Positions 44,768 to 54,145 of a stretch of DNA of 64,000 nt are shown in pieces. Origin of the DNA: Bacteroidota bacterium (lineage in GTDB: Bacteria; Bacteroidota; Ignavibacteria; UBA10030; UBA6906); assembly GCA_035687895.1 (NCBI GenBank), contig DASRUE010000044.1, forward strand, positions 3,555 through 67,554. Direction: 5' to 3'. The notes under the pieces were generated by a model. It was given only the letters and a program-made list of their open reading frames with translations. It had not been told where the DNA came from and made no database searches. The position numbers and the translations under genes are program-made. Position 1 is the stretch's first letter; each line of letters opens with the position of its first letter.

Positions 44768-47037
44768 CAAAAGAACAGTCCACATCCCGTCGGTTGGTTG
44801 TTGTCTCCAATCGTTTGCCGTTCAATGTGACTGAAGAGAACGGTCAATTGCGATTCAAGGAGAGTTCCGGAGGGCTGGTCACGGGGATGGTTGCTGCTCT
44901 TGAAGGGATCAGATCAGGATCCACAAGCAAAACCGGTTACACATGGGTTGGATGGCCGGGAAGCACGGTTTCTGATTCGCTCAAAGAGGAGTTGAAGGCG
45001 AAGGCACTGACCGACTTCCATTCACACCCGGTGTTTTTCACGGAACAGGAGATGGATCAGTTCTACCATGGCTTCTGCAACAAAACCATCTGGCCATTGT
45101 TTCACTACTTCCCTTCATACACGGTCTACCAGGAAGACTTCTGGCAGCAGTACAAACGCGTGAATGAGATTTTTTGTGAGACACTGGTGGAGGTCGTCAG
45201 ACCGGATGATATCGTGTGGATTCACGACTACCATTTGATGCTGCTCCCCCAGTTGCTGAAAGCGAAGTTGCCGAACGTTCCGGTGGGGTTCTTCCTCCAT
45301 ATTCCTTTTCCCTCATTTGAGATTTTCCGCCTCCTCCCAGGCGCGTGGCGTCGAGAGATTTTGGAGGGTTTCCTGGGGGCAGACCTTATCGGCTTCCATA
45401 CGTACGAGTATACACAACATTTCCTTCAATGTGTACTACGGATTCTGGGCTACGAACACAACATGGGACAGATCGTCACGCCCGATCGACTGGTTAAGGT
45501 TGAGACATTCCCCATGGGCATTGACTTCGAGAAGTTCTCTGTCGCCGTGAGCAGCCCGGAAGTGCAACAAGAACGAGAGAGTCTCAAGAGGTCATTGGCG
45601 AACGTCAAGGTGATTCTCTCCGTCGACCGTCTCGACTACACGAAGGGGATCCTCAACCGGTTGCAGGGGTTCGAGATTCTCCTCGAATCCAATCCTCAGT
45701 TTCGAGGGAGGGTGGTGCTTATCATGGTTGTCGTTCCCTCTCGCATTGGAGTGGAGCATTACGATCAGATGAAGAAACAGGTAGAGGAGTTGGTGGGAAA
45801 GATCAATGGCAGATTTGGGCGTGTCGATTGGACTCCTGTTGTCTATCAGTATCGGCATGTTCCGTTTCATCCTCTGGTAGCATTGTATAGCCTTGCCGAC
45901 GTGGCATTAGTCACTCCGTTGCGTGATGGGATGAATCTGGTTGCAAAAGAATATATTGCCACGCGAGGTAATGACCCCGGCGTGCTCATCCTCAGTGAGA
46001 TGGCAGGGGCGGCGAAGGAACTCGGAGAGGCTATGATCATCAACCCGAACAACAGGGAGGAGATTGCTAGCGCACTCAAGGAAGCTTTGGAAATCCCTCC
46101 GGAGGAGCAAAAGAGGCGCGGCGAACTGATGCAGGACAGGCTGCGGCGGTACAGTGTTGTTCGATGGGCCAACGACTTCGTGCAAGAGCTTGCCGCCATG
46201 GAGCAGGTTCAGAAGAAGTTCTGTGCGAAGATCTTGTCGCCTTCCGGGAAGCAAAAACTCGCCGAGCAGTACAAGAACGCAACACGCAGATTGCTTTTGT
46301 TGGACTACGATGGAACTCTGACACCCTTCGTCCGACACCCGCCGATGGCAAAACCGGGTGAAGACCTCATCACCGTGATCGCTCAGCTCGCAGGTGATTC
46401 TCGCAACCTCATCGTATTGATTAGTGGGCGGGACAAGGATACGTTGCAACAGTGGTTTGGCAAACTCTCCATTGGATTAGTGGCAGAACACGGAATATGG
46501 ATCAAGGATCTCAACGACGATTGGAAGATGTTGAAGCAGCAAACCAATGAATGGAAGCCGAACATTCTTCCCATCCTCCAACTGTACGCCGATCGGCTTC
46601 CCGGAGCTTCCGTTGAGCAAAAGGATTATTCGCTGGTGTGGCACTACAGGGGGGCCGACCCGGAACAAGGACAGAAGCTTGCCGGTGAGCTTATGGATCA
46701 CCTTGTGAGCTATACTGCCAACATCGATATTCAAATCATGCGTGGGCACAAGGTCATCGAGGTGAGAACGGCGGGTGTGAGCAAGGGAACTGCAGGCCAA
46801 CATTTCCTTGCCAGGGAGACGTTCGATTTCATTCTGTCGATTGGTGATGATTGGACTGATGAAGACTTGTTCGGTGTAATGCCTGAGTGGGCGTACTCAA
46901 TCAAAGTAGGAGTCGCCAATACACGCGCACGATACAATCTGCGCAACCCAAGAGAGGTGCTCAAGCTGTTAGATGTACTGACAAAAGCTTCCCTCGAAGT
47001 ACAGGGTGTCCCTGGAGGAAGCACACCAGGTACATGA
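44764..47037 (+). CDS. otsA/otsB: bifunctional trehalose-6-phosphate synthase / trehalose-6-phosphate phosphatase (GT20 + HAD)
   Basis: The GT20 core has VDRLDYTKGI and PLRDGMNLVAKEY. The C-terminal HAD domain has LLLDYDGTL and GDDWTDED. Confidence 0.9.
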   Translation: MTKEQSTSRRLVVVSNRLPFNVTEENGQLRFKESSGGLVTGMVAALEGIRSGSTSKTGYTWVGWPGSTVSDSLKEELKAKALTDFHSHPVFFTEQEMDQFYHGFCNKTIWPLFHYFPSYTVYQEDFWQQYKRVNEIFCETLVEVVRPDDIVWIHDYHLMLLPQLLKAKLPNVPVGFFLHIPFPSFEIFRLLPGAWRREILEGFLGADLIGFHTYEYTQHFLQCVLRILGYEHNMGQIVTPDRLVKVETFPMGIDFEKFSVAVSSPEVQQERESLKRSLANVKVILSVDRLDYTKGILNRLQGFEILLESNPQFRGRVVLIMVVVPSRIGVEHYDQMKKQVEELVGKINGRFGRVDWTPVVYQYRHVPFHPLVALYSLADVALVTPLRDGMNLVAKEYIATRGNDPGVLILSEMAGAAKELGEAMIINPNNREEIASALKEALEIPPEEQKRRGELMQDRLRRYSVVRWANDFVQELAAMEQVQKKFCAKILSPSGKQKLAEQYKNATRRLLLLDYDGTLTPFVRHPPMAKPGEDLITVIAQLAGDSRNLIVLISGRDKDTLQQWFGKLSIGLVAEHGIWIKDLNDDWKMLKQQTNEWKPNILPILQLYADRLPGASVEQKDYSLVWHYRGADPEQGQKLAGELMDHLVSYTANIDIQIMRGHKVIEVRTAGVSKGTAGQHFLARETFDFILSIGDDWTDEDLFGVMPEWAYSIKVGVANTRARYNLRNPREVLKLLDVLTKASLEVQGVPGGSTPGT

Positions 47038-47038
47038 C

Positions 47039-47066
47039 GGCATTCTTATGAATGCCATTCTGATCG
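47039..47066 (+). terminator. candidate Rho-independent terminator after otsAB
   Basis: A GGCATTC/GAATGCC 7-bp stem with a TTAT loop is followed by ATTCTGATCG. The T tract is weak. Confidence 0.45.
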
Positions 47067-47104
47067 TTCGGCGCAACATTTCTTGAGTGCAAGGAGCGTT
47101 TTGC

Positions 47105-47788
47105 ATGCTGCTGACCTCTCTCCTCGGTTATGCCATCAGAGCCACCAATGGCGACATCGGAGAGGTGAATGATTTCTTATTCGAAGATGACACATGGGTT
47201 TTGAAATACTTCGTCGTGAAGACCGGCACATGGCTCCATGGTCGCAGAGTTCTCATAACACCATCGGCCCTGGGCCAACCGGACTGGTCGTCGCATGGCC
47301 TTCCGGTGAAACTGAACCGAAGAGAGGTGCAGAACAGTCCCGACATCAATGCTGACATGCCCGTGTCTCTTCAGCAACTGACCTTGCTGCACGAATACTA
47401 CGGATGGCCTGCATACGCTGCAGGGACTGGATTCGCTTACATACCGATGGCTCCTCCGCAGTTCACTGAGCAAGAGAAAGAGCAGCTTGCGGCAATAGAG
47501 AAAGCAAGTGATCCACACCTGCGCAGCGCCCGCCACGTGACCGGTTACCGCATGCAAGCAATTGATGGCGAAATCGGTCATGTGGATGATTTCATTCTGA
47601 ACAACGAGTCCTGGCTGATATCTTCTCTTGTGGTCGATACCGGAAAGTGGCTGACCGGAAAGAAAGTTCTGATCTCACCGCGATCGATAAGCGTAATTAG
47701 CTGGGGTGAAAGAATGGTGCATGTCGACCTTACCACTGATGCTGTAAAGAATAGTCCAGAGTATGAACCGACAACACCTGAATCTTGA
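47105..47788 (+). CDS. PRC-barrel domain protein (two PRC barrels)
   Basis: The pattern G(Y)x(I/M)xAxDGxIGxVxDFxxxxxxWxxxxxVVxTGxWLxGxxVLISP occurs twice. AAGGAG lies 8 nt before the ATG at 47105. Confidence 0.75.
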   Translation: MLLTSLLGYAIRATNGDIGEVNDFLFEDDTWVLKYFVVKTGTWLHGRRVLITPSALGQPDWSSHGLPVKLNRREVQNSPDINADMPVSLQQLTLLHEYYGWPAYAAGTGFAYIPMAPPQFTEQEKEQLAAIEKASDPHLRSARHVTGYRMQAIDGEIGHVDDFILNNESWLISSLVVDTGKWLTGKKVLISPRSISVISWGERMVHVDLTTDAVKNSPEYEPTTPES

Positions 47789-47850
47789 GTATGAGGGACA
47801 ACTCTGCGATTATCGTGGCTGCCCCGAGCGATGACGCCGAATGAGGATAT

Positions 47851-49131
47851 ATGCACGGTGACCCACTAGCACCCGTCCTGCTGATACTCTTGATTGTGCT
47901 TGCTGCAGCTAAGCTCGGGAGTGAAATCTTTGAGCGCCTCGGACAGCCTGCAGTGCTTGGCGAATTGATCGTCGGGCTTGTTCTCGGGAATCTCGTTCTT
48001 CTCAACGCTGACTGGACACTTTTTGAACCCCTACGCGCCGCAAACGTCACGGAACGTTGGGCACTTATCATTGACAGCCTCGCCCGTCTCGGTGTAATAC
48101 TGTTGCTGTTCGAGGTTGGGTTGGAATCCACCGTATCGGAGATGGCAAAGGTTGGCACCTCGTCATTGCTTGTAGCCCTGGTTGGCGTGATCGCTCCGTT
48201 CATACTTGGCTTTGGAGTGAGTTACCTATTTATCAAGGAAGTTCCCGCGGATGTACTCGTACATCTACCGTCCGATTTCAGCGTAATGAACATACACCTG
48301 TTCATTGGGGCGACGCTTTGTGCTACAAGCGTGGGAATTACAGCGCGGGTTCTCAAGGACCTAGGGAAGTTGCAGACGAAGGAAGCAAAAATCGTCCTTG
48401 GTGCGGCTGTGATTGATGATGTGCTCGGATTGATCGTCCTTGCTGTTGTGTCAGCCATCGTCAGTGCTTCGATTACCGGTTCTGAAGTAGGCGCGCTCTC
48501 GCTTGTTAGAATAACGGCAATGGCGATAGGCTTTTTCGTCGTTGCCATCGCCCTCGGGGTTGTGGTTGTCCCTCGCATCTTACACTACCTGGCAAAACTC
48601 AGGACAGCGGGCATGATGGTCATCTCCTCGTTGCTCCTCTGCTTTCTTCTTTCGTGGCTGGCAGATGCAGTTGGACTGGCAACCATAGTGGGTGCATTTG
48701 CGGCCGGCCTTATTCTTGAAGAAGTGCACTTCAAAGAATTCAAAGAGACTATTCACCTGCACGAGTTGATTCGCCCCATCTCAACTCTATTCGTACCCAT
48801 CTTTTTTGTTTTGATGGGGATTCAAGTGAGACTTGAAACCTTTGGAGATTCCAGCGTGGTTGGTCTTGCTCTGGGATTGACCGTCGCCGCCATCATCGGC
48901 AAACAGGTGTGCGGATTGGCTGTCGTGGAGAAACAATTGGACAGAGTGAGCATTGGAGTCGGAATGATTCCACGGGGTGAAGTGGGGCTCATTTTTGCAG
49001 GCATAGGGAAAGCATTAAACATCGTGGATGGTGCTCTCTACTCTGCAATTGTCATCATGGTCATTCTAACAACATTGATCACACCGCCTGCTCTGAAACT
49101 CACGATTGCTCGGTGGGGCCGAAAGCGATGA
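47851..49131 (+). CDS. cation:proton antiporter (CPA2/Kef-type membrane domain, no KTN domain)
   Basis: 426 aa, about 12 TM helices, with GEIFERLGQPAVLGELIVGLVLG and the LLLFEVGLE motif. Confidence 0.8.
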   Translation: MHGDPLAPVLLILLIVLAAAKLGSEIFERLGQPAVLGELIVGLVLGNLVLLNADWTLFEPLRAANVTERWALIIDSLARLGVILLLFEVGLESTVSEMAKVGTSSLLVALVGVIAPFILGFGVSYLFIKEVPADVLVHLPSDFSVMNIHLFIGATLCATSVGITARVLKDLGKLQTKEAKIVLGAAVIDDVLGLIVLAVVSAIVSASITGSEVGALSLVRITAMAIGFFVVAIALGVVVVPRILHYLAKLRTAGMMVISSLLLCFLLSWLADAVGLATIVGAFAAGLILEEVHFKEFKETIHLHELIRPISTLFVPIFFVLMGIQVRLETFGDSSVVGLALGLTVAAIIGKQVCGLAVVEKQLDRVSIGVGMIPRGEVGLIFAGIGKALNIVDGALYSAIVIMVILTTLITPPALKLTIARWGRKR

Positions 49132-49246
49132 GAGTCTGGAGCCCTTCGAACATAGTTGCTCTTTGAACGTCTTGCTATTCATCCTGCTGATTCGTTGTTT
49201 TGGAAAATTCATCCCACGACTACTTCCATAGTCACAAGGACAGAAT

Positions 49247-49395
49247 ATGAGGAAGCGGCTCACTGAGCAAACCATCCTCTTCTCAAACATTACGAAAGGG
49301 TTGTCCTGGCGGCAGGGGTTGGCACAATCGTAGGATTGTCCACAATGGGCTTTCTGAAACTGCTGGCACGGGCACCCGAAGTCAGCAACCAGTGA
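49247..49395 (+). pseudogene. possible decayed membrane-protein gene fragment (ClC-channel-like N-terminus?)
   Basis: MRKRLTEQTILFSNITKG (frame of 49247) continues as VVLAAGVGTIVGLSTMGFLKLLA only after a 1-nt shift at the GGG run near 49298-49300. A stop follows at 49393-49395, and no full-length ORF exists in the 404-nt gap. Confidence 0.25.
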
Positions 49396-49535
49396 TTGGG
49401 CTTGTGAGACTGATGGCAGAGGTGGCAAATGTGTCGATTGCCGCCAGCATTCTCTCGGTCAAGGTGTTTGGTTGCGATAGCGCCTCACCGATACGATGCT
49501 TCGCTGTCCCGTCCAAATAGTGCCATAGACTGCAT

Positions 49536-50996
49536 ATGATGGACATAGACGCTGTACTTCTCATCGGTTCGCTGCTGGTTCTCCTCAGTATCGGCATTGC
49601 GAAGCTCTCCGATAATCTCGGAGTGCCGGTGTTGCTGCTGTTCCTCGGGGTGGGGATGCTGGCCGGTCCAGAAGGCCCGTGGGGCATTCGTGCGGTTGAC
49701 GCGGGCACAGCGCGTTCCGTTGGCATCATGGCGCTTGTGTTTATCTTATTTGCCGGTGGCTTGGATACCAAGTGGAACTCCGTCCGGCGAATCTTCTGGC
49801 AGTCGGCGAGTCTTGCGACTCTGGGTGTGTTGTTCACCGCGTTCGCGGTCGGGCTATTCGCTCAGTTCTTCCTCGGTTTCACAATCGTTGAGGGGTTCTT
49901 GTTGGGGGCCGTCATCTCGTCAACCGACGCAGCGGCAGTATTTGCACTGCTTCGCTCTAAGAATGTGAGCCTTCAGGGAACGCTCACACCGATCCTTGAG
50001 CTTGAGTCGGGCAGCAATGATCCGATGGCGGTATTCCTCACGATGGGATTGATCCAAATTCACACTGTTCCCGACAGTTCCGCGTGGGATATTCTTCTGT
50101 TGTTCATCTATCAGATGGGCTTTGGTGCAGTAATTGGATTGGGTCTCGGCAAGGCAATGGTCTTTCTCCTGAACCATCTCAAGTTTACGTATCAGGGGTT
50201 CTATCCTGTATTCTCAATAGCGTTCGCAGCCTTTGTGTATGCTGCAACCTCTGCAATCAATGGGAGCGGATTTCTTGCAGTCTACGTGGCGGGACTTGTT
50301 GTGGGAAACAGCGAGATCGTTCAACGCAGAAGTCTCTTCCGGTTCTTTGACGGGCTTGCCTGGCTGAGTCAGATAGGGATGTTTCTTACGCTTGGCCTAT
50401 TGGTATTCCCTTCGCATGTGGCTAGTGTTCTTGGTGGAGGGCTTCTTGTCTCAGCGTTTCTGATGTTTGTTGCCCGGCCCCTTGGCGTGTTTCTTTCTCT
50501 CGCCCTGACGAAACTCCAATGGCGTGAGAAGGCGCTGGTATCGTGGGTTGGGATCCGTGGCGCAGTACCCATCATTTTGGCAACGTTTCCATTGCTGGCG
50601 AATCTCCCCAATGCAGAGGCGCTATTCAACATTGTTTTCTTTATTGTTCTCACATCAGCATTGTTACAAGGGTGGTCAGTACCGTTGGCCGCCCGCCTGC
50701 TTAAGATGGATGCGCCATTGCCCCGGCGCCTCGACTATCCTCTTGAGTTTGAAGGTCCAAGGGGAACGGAAACAGAGCTAATAGACCTTGTGGTTCCATA
50801 TTCAGCGGCTGCTGTTGGCAAGCCGCTCGTCGAGCTTGGCTTTCCGGAAGACAGTCTCATCGTGCTAATTATCCGGAACGAAGAGTTCATCGTACCGAGC
50901 GGAGGGTCTGTCTTGCAGGCTGGCGACACGCTCCTTGCGCTGACGACGAAACGTAGCCTCCCAGCCGTGAGAAAGATCTTCTCGGAACAGAGGTAA
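49536..50996 (+). CDS. nhaP2: K+/H+ antiporter NhaP2/CvrA family with C-terminal TrkA-C domain
   Basis: The N-terminus reads LLSIGIAKLSDNLGVPVLLLFLGVGMLAGPEGPWGI. It has the ESGSNDP motif and a C-terminal RCK-C-like domain (VGKPLVELGFPEDSLIVLIIR). Confidence 0.8.
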   Translation: MMDIDAVLLIGSLLVLLSIGIAKLSDNLGVPVLLLFLGVGMLAGPEGPWGIRAVDAGTARSVGIMALVFILFAGGLDTKWNSVRRIFWQSASLATLGVLFTAFAVGLFAQFFLGFTIVEGFLLGAVISSTDAAAVFALLRSKNVSLQGTLTPILELESGSNDPMAVFLTMGLIQIHTVPDSSAWDILLLFIYQMGFGAVIGLGLGKAMVFLLNHLKFTYQGFYPVFSIAFAAFVYAATSAINGSGFLAVYVAGLVVGNSEIVQRRSLFRFFDGLAWLSQIGMFLTLGLLVFPSHVASVLGGGLLVSAFLMFVARPLGVFLSLALTKLQWREKALVSWVGIRGAVPIILATFPLLANLPNAEALFNIVFFIVLTSALLQGWSVPLAARLLKMDAPLPRRLDYPLEFEGPRGTETELIDLVVPYSAAAVGKPLVELGFPEDSLIVLIIRNEEFIVPSGGSVLQAGDTLLALTTKRSLPAVRKIFSEQR

Positions 50997-51097
50997 TCAG
51001 ATGAAGACTGCGCACCAAGTCACCGCGTGGGGAGTCACTCTTCAAATGCTGGAAAAGATTTGCTATTATGATGCTATCACTTGCCGAGAAACCTCCC

Positions 51098-53374
51098 ATG
51101 AAAAAATTCGACACTGAAGTTCATCTCAGCCGTGAGATGAAACTGCTGGATGTGACGATGATTGGCGTGGGGGCAATGATCGGGGCAGGCATTTTCGTTC
51201 TCATAGGCATAGCGGCCGGTGTAGCAGGTCCCGCACTCATTATAGCCTTTGCTTTGAACGGATTCGTCGCGCTGCTGACAGCAATGTCATACGCCGAACT
51301 GGGTTCGTGCTACCATGATGCGGGCGGTGGATATCTCTGGGTGAAGGAGGGACTACCGAAATGGAATGGCTTTCTCTCGGGGTGGATGAGTTGGTTTGCT
51401 CATGCCGTGGCATGCAGTCTCTACGCGCTAGGATTCGGCGCGTATTTCGAACATGTGTTGAAGGAGTTTGGTGTGATGCTGCCACATTGGGGCTTCCTCT
51501 CCCCGCAAAAACTCCTTGCGGTAGGGATTGCCATTATCTTCGCCTATGTCAATTTTCGTGGTGCCTCCGAGACAGGAAAGATCGGGAATATGGTAACGAT
51601 GGCGAAGATCGTCATCCTCGCGATCTTCATCGGCTTTGGTCTCGAGTTTATGTCCAGACGTGGTGATTGGAGCGAAGCGTTTGTCCCGTTCATGCCTAAT
51701 GGCTGGGGGGGTGTGTTTCAAGCAATGGGTCTGACATTCATTGCCTTCCAGGGGTTTGAAGTGATCTCGCAATGTTCCGAAGAAGTCAAGAATCCAAAGA
51801 AGAACATACCACGGGCTGTGTTCCTGTCCCTTCTCATCGTCGTACCCATCTATCTCCTCATCGCAGTAACGTCGCTCGGCTCCGTCAGACCTGAAGGAGG
51901 GATGACGCCCTGGGATTTCCTGGCCACCCAAAAGGAGACCGCCCTCGTCGGAGTCGCACAGATGTTCTTTACAGGTGGTGGTGTGTTGTTGTTGATTGGA
52001 GGAATCATCTCAACGATGTCTGCCCTGAACGCAACAGTGTATTCATCCTCACGTGTCGCATTTGCCATGGGCAGGGATAGGAACTTCCCCACGTTCTTCA
52101 GCAAGGTCCACGCAAAGAAGTTCACGCCGCACTTTGCAATCTTCTTCTCGTTTGTCATCGTTGTGCTGATGTGCCTCTCGCTGCAAATCGAAGACGTTGC
52201 ATCTGCAGCCGATATTATGTTCCTGCTTCTGTTTCTGCAGGTCAACATCACGCTGATACGCCTTCGCAAGAAGCGGTCCGACCTTGATCGGGGTTTTTTT
52301 ACCCCCCTCTTTCCGTACCTCACAATCGCCGGGATAGCTCTCTTGTTGTTCCTTGCCGTGTATATGTTTAACTACAGCCCGCTTGGCTGGTTCGTCACTG
52401 CAGGTTGGATCGGAATTGGACTTGTGATCTATCAAACGTACGCTTCAAAGCGGGAAGTTGAGCACGTGAGAAAAGTGAAGGCTTTGGACCGTCTCGAACG
52501 GAAGGAGTTCACAATCCTTGTTCCTCTCTCCAACCCCTCAACAGTACAAGGCATTCTCGAAATAGCAATTGCCATTGCAAAAAAGCACAACGCCGAGATT
52601 TTGCTTCTACACGTTATTGAGGTGGACCAGGGCGTACCACTGCGAGCGGGTATTGATGAAGGTGAGCGCGTCGTCCCATTCCTTGAGGAAGCAAGAGCAA
52701 CGTTAGAAAGTGCTGGGATTTCCACCCGCTCGATTGTCCAGGTCTCACACAGAATCTCACAGGGGATTCTCGAGACTGCTATTGAAGAGCAGGCGAATTT
52801 CATTATTCTGGGCCGCGAACAACATCCGACATTCCTTGATCGAATCAATGCGGGCGTCATTGATACTGTGCTCGATCACGCGCCGTGCGAAGTTGCCATT
52901 CTGCATGGTGAGTTGGACCCGGAAAAAATCAAGAACATCATGATTCCGTTTGGTGAGAACATCCACACGCAATTGGCGTTTGAGATTGCCCCCGCGATTC
53001 TCGACCGCTTCAAGTGTAAAACCCAGGTGGCGGTGGTATTTGAGCCGAACACACCATCTGAGCGAAAAGAGGAACAACTAAAAAGAATCGAAGACCGTGT
53101 GAAATCGAGCGGGATCCCGGCACAAGTTAATGTCACACACGACAAAGGCATCCTTGAAGGCGTTGTCCAACAATCAAAGAAATCTGATCTTGTTATCATG
53201 GGCGGAAGATCTGGCGAATTTCTCGGATTGTTGGTCGGCCAATCGCTCACACAGGAGATCACTGAGCAATCGGCTTGCCCTGTGTTGTGGGTGAATGAGT
53301 ACGAAGAACGCTCCTCATTTTGGAAAGCCCTGTTTAGACCCGTCGATAAGGAGGTAGAAGATCATCATGGATAG
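51098..53374 (+). CDS. APC-family amino-acid permease fused to tandem universal stress protein (Usp) domains
   Basis: It has the permease motif MIGVGAMIGAGIFVL and about 12 TM helices. The C-terminal ~280 aa carries two Usp-like modules (ILVPLSNPST...; MIPFGENIHT...GGRSGEF). The start may be 51068. Confidence 0.8.
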   Translation: MKKFDTEVHLSREMKLLDVTMIGVGAMIGAGIFVLIGIAAGVAGPALIIAFALNGFVALLTAMSYAELGSCYHDAGGGYLWVKEGLPKWNGFLSGWMSWFAHAVACSLYALGFGAYFEHVLKEFGVMLPHWGFLSPQKLLAVGIAIIFAYVNFRGASETGKIGNMVTMAKIVILAIFIGFGLEFMSRRGDWSEAFVPFMPNGWGGVFQAMGLTFIAFQGFEVISQCSEEVKNPKKNIPRAVFLSLLIVVPIYLLIAVTSLGSVRPEGGMTPWDFLATQKETALVGVAQMFFTGGGVLLLIGGIISTMSALNATVYSSSRVAFAMGRDRNFPTFFSKVHAKKFTPHFAIFFSFVIVVLMCLSLQIEDVASAADIMFLLLFLQVNITLIRLRKKRSDLDRGFFTPLFPYLTIAGIALLLFLAVYMFNYSPLGWFVTAGWIGIGLVIYQTYASKREVEHVRKVKALDRLERKEFTILVPLSNPSTVQGILEIAIAIAKKHNAEILLLHVIEVDQGVPLRAGIDEGERVVPFLEEARATLESAGISTRSIVQVSHRISQGILETAIEEQANFIILGREQHPTFLDRINAGVIDTVLDHAPCEVAILHGELDPEKIKNIMIPFGENIHTQLAFEIAPAILDRFKCKTQVAVVFEPNTPSERKEEQLKRIEDRVKSSGIPAQVNVTHDKGILEGVVQQSKKSDLVIMGGRSGEFLGLLVGQSLTQEITEQSACPVLWVNEYEERSSFWKALFRPVDKEVEDHHG

Positions 53375-54020
53375 CCCACTGGAAAAAGCGCTCTATGGCG
53401 TCACCGAAAAACTTATCGCGTACTTACCAAACCTTGTGGCCGGTATTGTTCTGATCGCCATGGGATGGTTTCTTGGATGGCTCGTCAAACGCATTGTTGT
53501 GCAGGTGCTCCTGGTCCTAAGGTTTGATCGTCTGCTCCGCCGCTTCAAGTGGGGCGCCGGATTTGCCAAAGCCGACGTTCGCTATGCCTTTGCCGAGTTC
53601 ATTGGCAATGGCGCGTTCCTGATCATCTTCTTGATTCTGCTGAACGCCTCGCTTGGGGCATTACAACTTACCGTGATTTCCGATGTTCTAAGACAGGGTG
53701 TCTTGTTCATTCCGAAGCTCCTTGTTGCAGCCGTAATCTTCGGGCTTGGGTGGCTCCTTGCCGGATGGATCGCAGGCACGATTCAGCGTGCGCTCACGAA
53801 GGAAGATGTTCCAAGGGCAACGTTGATCGCCCGGTTCACAAAAGTCGTGATCATGCTCTTCTTTTCGGCGATGGCGCTTACGGAACTTGATATTGCTCGC
53901 GAGATTGTCATAATAGGTTTCAGCGTAACGATCGTAACGCTGGGCATTCTGGTGATCGTTATGACATCAATAGGAGGTAAACGCTTCATCTCGAGGATTC
54001 TGGAGACCCTCGAGGAATAG
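53367..54020 (+). CDS. small membrane protein with MscS-N-type conserved TM-helix repeats
   Basis: Two repeats of the LPNLVAGIVLIAMGWFLGWLV / IPKLLVAAVIFGLGWLLAGWI type. It overlaps the upstream gene by 8 nt. Confidence 0.55.
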   Translation: MDSPLEKALYGVTEKLIAYLPNLVAGIVLIAMGWFLGWLVKRIVVQVLLVLRFDRLLRRFKWGAGFAKADVRYAFAEFIGNGAFLIIFLILLNASLGALQLTVISDVLRQGVLFIPKLLVAAVIFGLGWLLAGWIAGTIQRALTKEDVPRATLIARFTKVVIMLFFSAMALTELDIAREIVIIGFSVTIVTLGILVIVMTSIGGKRFISRILETLEE

Positions 54021-54145
54021 TACCTGGTAAACGAAAGATTCGTTCTCAAATGCCACGTTCCCTCAGCGAAGGAAGAGGTATGAGTTGCACCGAGAAGTGA
54101 TTACAATGAGTCTGTAGCACAATCCCGGGCTTTAGATGGACCGCC

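Noticed and set aside
49066-49428. 120-aa minus-strand ORF in the antiporter spacer
   Set aside because: Its product is Cys/Ser/Arg-rich and implausible. It overlaps the 3' end of the Kef-type gene and the + strand remnant.
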